Positions 41,618 to 50,899 of a DNA stretch of 64,000 nt are shown piece by piece. Each line of letters begins with the position of its first letter. Positions within the stretch are counted from its first letter, which is position 1. This DNA is from Eledone cirrhosa (Eukaryota): assembly GCA_964016885.1 (NCBI GenBank), contig OZ024742.1:374170001-374234000 (forward strand). The letters run 5' to 3'. The notes beneath the pieces were generated by a model, which was given only the letters and a program-made list of their open reading frames with translations, was not told the DNA's origin and made no database searches. The translations under genes and the position numbers were made by a program.

Positions 41618-43213
41618 TAACATATAACATATATAACATATATAATATATAACATATAACATATAACATATATAACATATATAATATATATAACATATAA
41701 CATATAACATATATAACATATATAATATATACAACATATATAACATATATAACATATATAACATATATAATATATATAACATATATAACATATATAACAT
41801 ATAACATATATAATATATAACATATATAACATATATAACATATATAACATATATAACATATATAACATATAACGTATATAATATATAACACATATAAAAT
41901 ATAGAACATATGACATATAATATATATAACATATATAACAAATAACGTATATAACATATATAACATATAACATATATAATATATAACATACATAACATAT
42001 AACATATATAACATTTATAATATATAACAAATATAACATATATAACATATATAACATATAACATATATATAACATATATAACATATATAACATATATAAC
42101 ATATAACATATATAACATATATAACATATATAACATATATAAAATATATAAAATATAAGATATATAACAACATATATAACATATATAACATATATAACAT
42201 ATATAATATATAACATATATAACATATATAACATATATAACATATAACATATAACATATATAACATATAACGTATAACATCTATAACATATATAACATAT
42301 AACATATAACATATATAATATATAACATACATAACATATAACATATATAACATTTATAATATATAACATATATAACATATATAACATATATAACATATAA
42401 CATATATATAACATATATAACATATATAACATATAACATATATAATATATATAGCATATAACATATATAACATATAACATATATAACATATATAACATAT
42501 ATAACATATATTACATATATAACATATAACATATATAACATATATAACATATAACATATAACATATATAACATATATAGCATATAACAGAACATATATAA
42601 CATATAACATATAACATATCTAACATATATAACATATCACATATAACATATATAACATATATAATATATAACATATAACATATAACATATATAACATATA
42701 TAATATATATAATATATATAACATATATAACATATATAACATATATAACATATATAACATATAACATATATAACATATATAACATATAACATATATAACA
42801 TATAACATATATAACATATAACATATATAACATATATAACATATAACATATATAACATATATAACATATAACATATATAACATATAACATATATAACATA
42901 TATAACATATATAACATATAACATATAACATATATAACATATAACATATAACATATATAACATATAACATATATAACATATAACATATAACATATATAAC
43001 ATATAACATATATAACATATAACATATATAACATATAACATATATAACATATAACATATATAACATATAACATATATAACATATAACATATATAACATAT
43101 AACATATAACATATAACATATATAATATATAACATATAACATATAACATATATAACATATATAACATATAGAATTGACTCTGTAACCTGGACAGATTCTT
43201 ATTCAAGGACACC

Positions 43214-43441
43214 TTAACGCTTTGGCATTTAAATCGGCCATATCCGGCCAGAATTCTCACACCTCTTCCTGTTCAAACCGGCCGTAACTAGCTGATCATA
43301 CCTATATGAAGGTATTGTTCTCAAAATAAATGACATCTAAATCTCGTAGATTTGATATTACATAGATAACTATGTAAAATAAAGCCTTTACCATAAAAAT
43401 ACAGTAGTAAGTATAGAATAATGTAAATGCTAAACGGTTAA
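43214..43441. mobile_element. piggyBac-type MITE (TTAA target, degenerate CCCTTT...AAAGGG termini)
   Basis: ttaacgctttggcattta ... taaatgctaaacggttaa; colinear with the copy at 53355-53586. Confidence 0.72.
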
Positions 43442-43579
43442 GCGGTAGGAACCTATTACAAAAATTACTGGTTACACTGCTTAATCTTGCTATAAAACAT
43501 CTTTTGAAGGACACAATGAGTTCTAACGTTATCAGCCCCACCACAACCAGGTGGAATACGATATAGGAACGATCGACTT

Positions 43580-43782
43580 TCGTCAAATCGGACCAGGAAA
43601 CAATGTTTCCATTGGTCTTTCCAATTGCTAATACTATCTATCGGTTGCAACTCCAGGTAGAAGGAACAACGTGAAAATAAAGTGTCTTGCTCGAGGATAT
43701 AACGCATCGCCTGGTCTGGGAATCGAACTCATAACCTGACGATTGGGAATCCAATTCTCTAACCACTCAGTCACGCGCCTTC
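43580..43782 (-). mobile_element. tRNA-derived SINE (head plus gagcaagacacttt core)
   Basis: Reverse complement reads gaaggcgcgtgactgagtggttagag...gagttcgattccc...tcctcgagcaagacacttt; same head as the satellite-embedded element. Left boundary approximate. Confidence 0.8.
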
Positions 43783-43944
43783 ACGAGATATATATATATA
43801 TGAATATACACACAAATATGTATATATAGACCATGTGTGTATATATGTATATATACACACCATATCTGTATATGTGTGTATATATATATATACATATATA
43901 TGTATATACGAGTATGTATGTGTATGTTATGTTGGTTCCACAAA

Positions 43945-44137
43945 ACTTCCACTGTAAAGAGTTTGTGCAGGTGTGACGGCAAAAAGCACTCAGCCCACAC
44001 TGTAAATGTGGTTGGCACTAGGAAGGGCATCCAGTCGTAGAAAACGAGCCAGAAACAGTTCTATATGAGCAAGACATGGTCACGTGACCCAACTTGCCCA
44101 CGTGACATAATCCATGCTAGCGTGATGATGATGATGA
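43945..44137 (+). mobile_element. RTE-derived 3' fragment with (GAT)n tail
   Basis: ggcaaaaagcac...ggaagggcatccagtcgtagaaa...ccatgctagcgtgatgatgatg; homologous to 28325-28499 and to 45105-45270 (minus). Confidence 0.75.
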
Positions 44138-44206
44138 ACACAACATATACCGCACGGCACTGCTTCAAATTGGGCCGTTTGTTTACAAACGAATCAAACA
44201 TTATTA

Positions 44207-44370
44207 GACGCCATGCTTTGATGTATAGAGTTATGACACTTGCCATTCCGAGTTCAAATCCCGTCGAGGTTAACTTTGCCTTTCATCCTTATAGGGTTGA
44301 TAAAATAAAGTACCAGTAATACACTGGGTAATTGCTGGCCTTGTGCCAAAAGTAGAAACAATTATTATTA
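44207..44370 (+). mobile_element. tRNA-derived SINE, second family (gagttcaaatccc...gttaactttgcctttcatcc...aagtaccag...(ATT)n)
   Basis: B-box-like GAGTTCAAATCCC near 44250 and an ATT tail; about ten related copies in the window. Confidence 0.82.
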
Positions 44371-44578
44371 CTGTTCAATATAACCCATATGTACATATGT
44401 ATAGTTATATATGTATGTATATGTATATATGTATATATGTATGTACGTATGCATACTTACATTTATGTATCAGCTGTGCTAGAGCGAGAAATAAAATTCT
44501 AATTTTATTTTTAAATATATATATATATATATATCAATGATATTAAATAAATGGAAACTATATTTATAAAACTATATT

Positions 44579-44639
44579 TATTCTATTATATATATTTCAA
44601 GGACACCAAAACTTTGGTATGCTCTCATCAGATAAAATA
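44579..44639 (-). ncRNA. Type I hammerhead ribozyme (minimal palindromic helix III)
   Basis: Reverse complement: TATTTTAT-CTGATGA-gagcataccaa agtt ttggtgtcctt-GAAA-TATATATA-ATAGAATA. It has an 8-bp helix I, an intact core, an 11-position helix II with one C-C mismatch, and an AUA cleavage triplet. Confidence 0.85.
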
Positions 44640-44783
44640 CAAAGTTTGTTTTATAAATATTGACATATCCAGGAAGGAGATCTTAACGGTTCAAGGAGAT
44701 CTTAACGGTTCAACTATCCAGGAAAAACTTGAACCGTTAAGATCTCCTTCCTGGATATGTCAATATTTATAAAACAAACTTTG

Positions 44784-44844
44784 TATTTTATCTGAAGAAA
44801 GCGTACCAAGGTTTTGGTACCCTTGAAATATATATAATAGAATA
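44784..44844 (+). ncRNA. Type I hammerhead ribozyme (minimal palindromic helix III)
   Basis: TATTTTAT (44784-44791), CTGAAGA (44792-44798), helix II 44799-44824, GAAA (44825-44828), TATATATA, ATAGAATA (44837-44844). Predicted cleavage after A44836. Confidence 0.87.
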
Positions 44845-45033
44845 AATATGCTTTTATAAATATAGTTTCCATTTATTTAATATCATTGATATTATACTCC
44901 AGAAAATCTGTCGAGTGCTTCGAATCAGTTATAAACATTTATATTTGTTGAGTTACCAACAAATTAAATATCCCTTTGCTTATATATATATTTAAAAATA
45001 AATATATATATAAATATATATAATTGAATATAC

Positions 45034-45091
45034 AAGAGAGATAAACACAAATATAAACATACATATGTTTATATTTGTGTTTATCTCTCTT
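45034..45091. repeat. Perfect 28-bp inverted repeat with 2-nt spacer
   Basis: aagagagataaacacaaatataaacata-ca-tatgtttatatttgtgtttatctctctt. Confidence 0.95.
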
Positions 45092-45104
45092 TCAATAGAG
45101 AGTA

Positions 45105-45270
45105 ATCATCATCGTCATCATCAACGTTTAATGTCTATCTTCCACGCTAGCATGGGTTTTGACAGGAATTGTCCCACTTGAGGCAAGATTGGTTGTCTTG
45201 CTCATACAGGACTGTCTGGCAGGTTTTCTACAGCTGGATGCCCTTCCTAACACCAACCATATTACAGTGT
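45105..45270 (-). mobile_element. RTE-type 3' end with (GAT)n tail
   Basis: Reverse complement: ggtgttaggaagggcatccagctgtagaaa...cccatgctagcgtggaagatagacattaaacgttgatgatgac. Confidence 0.78.
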
Positions 45271-46054
45271 TTATAGTAATGTAAATGATAAAGGGTTAAT
45301 AGTACATAAGTCTTTGGAATGCTCAGCCACTTTCACATTAATTTCATGAGTAGGCTGTTCTGTTGTTCTTACAACTGGAACACTCATTGTTGAAACAACT
45401 GGTGGTCCAATACACGCACATCTCTCCAGACTAAACCGTAAAATATAGAAAAAATATTAAGATGAAATGATGACAGTTATATAATGTTGAGAATACAATT
45501 ATAATGCTAGTTAAATGACATTTCAATTTGAATCATACAAACATGATGTTCAATAAGTATATGTTATTGTGGGTGTGTTGCTTGATAAAGATTTCATTGT
45601 CTCCTATATATCTGTTCAAACAGAATTGGTAGTGTAGGAGGAAGTAGGGGAGGAATGACAAACGATGACAAGAACATGCTCTGTGTAGTCATTCACAAAT
45701 CATATTTATGATCACACATTAAACCCCCTCTTAATTTCTTATTTGGCAAGAGGATATATATGTGTGTGTGTGTGTCTGTGTATCCGAGACCCCCAGTAGA
45801 CAACTGATGAGGAACCTTCTCCCGTTCTTGCTTTCTTCTCATTCTTATTCTTAATTTTAAGCCTACCTTAACTAACAACTACACAGCCTTCCTATTCTCT
45901 CTCTATATATATGGTATGGCATAGTATGTCCCGTAACTCCTGATAGAGGGCACTGTATTGACATATTGCGTTTCCTGGGTATTTGAAACCTGGCGGAATC
46001 CATCTCCCCTGCAGGCCTGAGTACAGCAGATTTCTTTCAGTGAGAGAAAGAATT

Positions 46055-46208
46055 GACCCCAGTACTAGACTGGTACTTTTTTTTATCAACTTCGAAAGAA
46101 TGAAACACAAAGTTGACCTCGGCTGGATTTGAACTCAGAGAGCAGAGGGCCGGAATGAATACCATAAAGCATTCTTTCTGACATTAATGACCCTGCCAAT
46201 TCATCGCC
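46055..46208 (-). mobile_element. tRNA-derived SINE, second family
   Basis: cccagtactagactggtac...aaagttgacctcggctggatttgaactc is the reverse complement of the 44207-44370 family. Confidence 0.78.
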
Positions 46209-46726
46209 TATATATTATATATATATATTGCCTATATATTATATATATATATATATATACACACTAATATACAACGTGATTTCACCCTACTCTGGGCAGC
46301 GTGTATATTAGCTTTCTCTCTATCCATGAGGTTAGATGTGTAGTGAACAGAATCCACATTTGCTGACTGGGGATCCTGTGGACTGTTACACTGCACATGT
46401 CGGTGGTGAAACGAACGAGATTCGTATCAGCAAACTTATAGTTATAAGGTTAGTAATTTAAAACTCTAATTCAGAGATTTGATTGTGACTTAGTTTTTTT
46501 CTATTTAATTGCTAAACCTGTAGATATTGTTCTCTATACAGTAACGGTAAAACTCACTTGTAATAATTCTTTACACACATCTCACTGTGTAACACACTTA
46601 TATTTGCATTTGAGCTTGGAAGAAAATTCTCTATTCTTCTTTGAGCTAATATTATTATTATTACTGTGAACTGCGGAATACTCTTAATTCCGATCCTTGT
46701 ACTGTATATATATAGTTTGTTTTTTT

Positions 46727-47068
46727 TCATCATTTTACGTCCGCTTTTCCCTGCTTGCAAGGGTGGGACGGGAACTGATTCTGGCTTGATTTCTACAGCT
46801 GGATGCCCTTCCTAACACCAACCTCATTTACAGTGAGTGCTGGGTGCGTTTTTTTCCGTGGCGCCTACACGTCCACTTTACAGTGTGGGCTGGGTGCTTT
46901 TTTGCCGTGGCACCTCCACGACCACTTTGCAGTGGAATGATACAGCTGAGTAAACTGGAGCAATGTGAAATAAAGTGTCTTGCTCAAGGAAACAACACAT
47001 CACCCGGTCTGAGAATTGAACTCACAACCTTTCGATTGCAAAGCCAATGCTCTAACCACTAAGCCATC
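46727..47068 (-). mobile_element. Composite SINE: tRNA head plus gagcaagacacttt core fused to an RTE 3' UTR body and tail
   Basis: 46936-47068 matches the head and core at 43670-43780; 46770-46935 matches the reverse complement of 28330-28490. Confidence 0.78.
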
Positions 47069-47299
47069 CTCATCATCATCATCATCGTTTAACGTCCATC
47101 TTCCACGCTTATGTATATATATGTATGTATGTATATATATATATATGTATGTATGTATATATACATATATATATATGTATGTATGTATATATATATATAT
47201 GTATGTATGTGACTTATAAACTGTGTTGAAAAATTTGTGTTAAAATTGTATTATAAACCATTATGGTTCTCACTTCAAAAACCAACCGCCCTACCTCCA

Positions 47300-50088
47300 A
47301 CACATTCGGTATACATGCCTGACGCTGTATGCTAACCACTCCCTCGTGAATATACCATAGAACCGACAAGGGGCGGACGGAGGCTCCGTAAGCCGTAATG
47401 TAGGCAACCCGTCTAGGAGAGCTAACACTCCGAATAAATTGGTGCGGGGTAGAGAAGTCTCTTAAGTCCAGTAAGACAACTTCCCTAGTGCTGGTGGCAT
47501 GAATAAAAGCACCTAGTCCATGCTGTAAAAATGGAGGGGTGGTTAGGGCCCCTGAGTCCAGTAAGACGACCTCTCTAATGCTGGTGGCATGAATAAAAGC
47601 ACCTAGTCCATGCTGTAAAATGGAGGGGTAGAGAGGGCGCCTGAGTCCAGTAAGACATCCTCTCTAGTGCTGGTGGCACGAATAAAAGCACCTAGTTCAT
47701 GCTGTAAAGTGGTGCTGGTGTTAGGAAGGGCATCCAACCAGTATAATAAATGCCAAAATTATGAGCACAGCAAATAAGAATTGCAACCACTGCGACAACA
47801 GCAATAACACTAACCATGTTAGGGCTGCACACGGTAGTGGGATGGCTGGTGCGGCCATGTGCGAAAACCCTACGACCGTCATCAAGCAATCGCACAACAG
47901 GAAAAAGAACGAGATGTCGCATCTCAGAGTTGCCACACTTAATGTTGGCACTCTAACAGGTAGATCTGGTGAGATAGCGGAGATGCTGGAGAGAAGGCAT
48001 GTGGATGTGTGCTGTGTGCAAAAGGTGAGATGGAGAGGTGCCTCTGCAAGATTAATCGCAGGCAAATATCATAGTTATAAGCTTTTCTGGGTGGGTAATG
48101 ATGATGGGTTAGGGGAGGTGGGCATTTTACTGGCTGAGAGATGGATCAATAAGACAATAGAGGTAGTTAGAGTTAGTAATAGAATAATTAAGCTTAGATT
48201 AGTTGTAGGCAGGAGACTACTGACAATCATCTCGGCCTATACTCCCCAAGCAGGCCTAGGCAAAGATGAGAAAGACTGCTTTTACTAGCAACTTTTACAA
48301 ACAGCCTCAATGACAGAGGACAGACATCGTTATGCTAGCAGGGGACTTCAATGGACATGTTGGACAGCTCCAGGATGGATATACTGGGGTACATGTTGGG
48401 CACAGTTACGGCTCAAGAAATGAAGGAGTGAGGCTTCTTGAATTTTGTGATGAAAATGCACTAACCATTTGCAACACTAACTTCCAGAAGCCTACCAACC
48501 ACCTAATAACCTACAAATCAGGCGAGCACATAAGCCAGATTGATTTCCTGATAGTTAGACAGCGAGACAGAGAGATGGTGTCAAATACTAAGACATACCC
48601 TGGTGAAGAATGTACCCCACAGCATAGGTTAGTCGTTAGTGAGATCTCAGTAAGCAAGAGAAAGAATGAGACATACAGGAAGGTGTGGAAAAGAAAGGTC
48701 TGGAAGCCAAAAGACCTTTCATTAAAATATAAATTTAGCAAAGCCCTTCAAGATGTGTATGACGAAAAAGAAGACGATTTAGAGTTGTATGACAGATGAT
48801 AACTGGAATTTCTTATGTGACAACTTACTGCAGGCTACTGAAGAAACTTGTGGTTGGAGCAGAGCTTCGACCAGGCAGAGAGTGACCTGGTGGTGGAACA
48901 GCACAGTAGATAGGGCCATTAGAGATAAAAGACTGACATGGAAGGCTTGGAAAATAGGTGGGAGTAGGGAAGAATACACAGCCGCTAAGAGAGAAGCTAG
49001 ACGTCAGGTGTACTTAGCACGCAGGGAGGCTGAGAGTGGGAGGTTTGCCAATGTTCTGCGATGGGAAGATCAAGAACATGCGGTGTTCCGCATTGCAAGG
49101 CAGTGTGTCAGTGCAAATCAGGATGTTGTTGGAGATAAGTGTGTCCGGAATGATGCCGGTGTACTTAGTGTCATGAATGATCAAAAAAAGGAGGTCTGGA
49201 AATGTCATTATGAGAGACTGGTGAATGTGGAGAACGAATGGGAGAGAGAGAAATTACCCTTGGTAGATCCGACAGAGGGACCAGCTATTGAGATTGACGA
49301 ATATAGGGTACAAGAGGCAATTAAGGAAATGAAGAATGGTAAGGCTGCTGGGCCGTCGTGGATAGTTGCTGAGATGCTGAAGGCATCAGAAGTAGGCACT
49401 AAACTAGTTGCACGCATCATTAATCAAGTTATATATGGCGGATTCATACCCAAAGACTGGTGCAGCAGTATTCTCATAAATTGTTACAAAAGTAAAGGGG
49501 ATGCTCTAATGAGGAGCAATTATAGGGGCATAAAGCTGATGGATCATAAAGTGGCAGAGAGAATATTAGCGTAACTGATTAGAGAAAGGGTCAAATTAGA
49601 TGAGATGCAGTTTGGTTTTGTGCCTGGGAAAAGTACAACAGGTGCCCTCTTCTTAGTGAGGCAACTACAAGAGAGGTTCTTAGAGAAGAATAAGCCACTA
49701 TACTTAGCTTTTGTTGGCCTAGAGAAGGCCTTTGATAGGGTACCCCGATCTGTCATCTGGTGGTCCCTAAGGAAACTAGGTGTTGAGGGATGGTTTGTGA
49801 GGACAGTGTAAGCTATGTACAGAGGTGCTGTCAGTAAAGTGAGAATAGGAATGGAGTTTAGTGAGGAATTCCAGATACAAGTAGGTGTACATCAGGGTTC
49901 GGTCCTCAGCCCGCTCTTGTTCATTATAGTCCTCCAAGCCATAACAGAGGAGTTTAAGACTGGCTGCCCATGGGAACTTCTCTATGCTGATGACCTGGTT
50001 CTTATAGCAGAATCAGTAGAGGAGTTAGAGAATAAATTCTGTCTATGGAAACAGCAGTTGAAATCAAGAGGCCTGAGAGTGAACATAG
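47300..50088 (+). pseudogene. RTE-clade non-LTR retrotransposon: 5' UTR plus disrupted APE endonuclease-reverse transcriptase ORF, truncated after the RT core
   Basis: ORF pieces 47761-48288, 48332-48799, 48789-49574, 49605-49811 and 49815-50088 carry ATLNVGTL, GDFNGHVG, QIDF, HRLV, NYRGIKL, QFGF, LEKAFDRV, VGVHQGSVLSPLLF and LLYADDLVL, broken by stops and frameshifts. Confidence 0.95.
47446..47712 (+). repeat. Three tandem ~89-bp units in the RTE 5' UTR
   Basis: agtccagtaagac...tgctggtggca(t/c)gaataaaagcacctag...catgctgtaaa recurs at ~47465, ~47555 and ~47644. Confidence 0.92.
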
Positions 50089-50506
50089 CTGGGTGCTTTT
50101 TTGTCGTGGCACCTCCACGACCACTTTGCAGTGGGGGGTGTGGGGGAATATTGTCTATATGCTTCAGCTTGTACCCATGGGAGGTCGCGTCTTCTGTATT
50201 ACTGCGTGACGCCAGAGGTCACGGTCGTGTGTCATCACCTTTAAGAGGTGTAATTGGGTAAGGTCGGCCTTTATCACCTCATCCCAGGTCTTCTTGGGTC
50301 TCCCAACTCCATGGCTTCCCTCGACTTCTAGTGCTCTGCACTTTTTTATGCAGCTGTCATCCTTCATACGCATCACATGTCCATACCAACGCAACCTCCT
50401 CTCCTGCACACAGCATTTGATTCCTCTCATGCTCAGTCTCTCTCTCAATTCGTTTATGCTTTGCCATTCGCGTATATTACTATTACACATCCATCGGAGC
50501 ATGCAG
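50088..50506 (-). mobile_element. Inverted RTE 3' fragment (ORF C-terminus plus 3' UTR)
   Basis: Minus ORF 50164..50694 contains MLRWMC...RRLRWYGHVMRM...GRPKKTWDEVIKADL...MTHDRDLWRHAV, a typical RTE C-terminus, followed by the UTR shared with the SINE chimera. Confidence 0.9.
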
Positions 50507-50510
50507 GCTT

Positions 50511-50600
50511 GGTGGCAGTGGCGGTGGTGGTGGTGGTGATGGTGGTGGTGGTGGTGTTGGTGTTGGTGTGGTGGTGATGATGATGACAATGACCGTGATG
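50511..50600. repeat. (GGT)n/(GAT)n microsatellite
   Basis: ggtggcagtggcggtggtggtggtggtgat...gatgatgatgac. Confidence 0.9.
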
Positions 50601-50604
50601 ACAA

Positions 50605-50880
50605 CAGTGAGTTGAAGGAAAAATTGGACATAATGAGAATTAGATGTAGCTGGTAGGAGAGGGGACTGCACTGGTGCAGACATGTGATGCACATGGATGG
50701 TCACTGGAGGAAGAAGTGCTAGGAACTGTGAGTGGAAGGTAGTTGCAGAAGAGTATGACCAAGGAAAACCTGGCCAGAAGTGGTAAGAACTGTCCCAGGA
50801 TGCTGAACCTCGCAGAAAGACAAAGGAAGAAAGTTGTGCTGGAGAAGACTCGTCCAACCCATATAAACATGGGAAAATAA
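50605..50880 (+). mobile_element. Older decayed RTE 3' fragment
   Basis: Manual translation gives ELKEKLDIMRIRCSW*ERGLHWCRHVMHMD...PRKTWPEVV, homologous to the 50250-50500 fragment. Confidence 0.78.
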
Positions 50881-50899
50881 TTGCATTGTTTCTTTCCAG

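Larger units (their letters stand above)
1..43170. repeat. Large AT-rich satellite array of mixed 7-mer (ACATATA), 9-mer (ACATATATA) and C-less (ATATATA) units; continues beyond the left edge of the window
   Basis: Continuous AACATAT(AT) units from base 1 to about 43170, where unique sequence (gaattgactctg) begins abruptly. G is rare on the + strand. Interrupted only at 28157-28499, 34470-34766, 40146-40488 and 41091-41617. Confidence 0.98.
44531..44980. mobile_element. Penelope-like element pseudo-LTR remnant in inverted arrangement, flanked by (TA)n
   Basis: 165-bp inverted arms at 44531-44695 and 44728-44892, each holding a hammerhead. The right arm extends about 90 bp further to a (TA)n tract. 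No RT or GIY-YIG coding sequence is visible, so the PLE assignment is by architecture only. Confidence 0.7.

Noticed and set aside
110-43260. Hundreds of minus-strand ORFs up to 860 aa rich in Y/I/M/L/C/V
   Set aside because: Direct translations of the 7/9-mer satellite, open in all three frames, with no domain or codon structure.
45804-45835. CTGATGA followed by a GGAAC/GTTCT stem
   Set aside because: No GAAA after the stem and no helix I or III.
45892-46050. Possible host exon in a moderately GC-rich stretch
   Set aside because: No recognisable protein motif or convincing splice pair; the ORF starts inside a SINE. A BLASTx search would settle it.
47550-47572. ctgagtccagtaagacgac resembling a hammerhead core around helix II
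   Set aside because: Lacks CUGANGA and GAAA in all three units.
47446-47712. CRISPR-like repeat/spacer pattern
   Set aside because: Whole units are homologous with no unique spacers, no cas genes, eukaryotic retroelement context.
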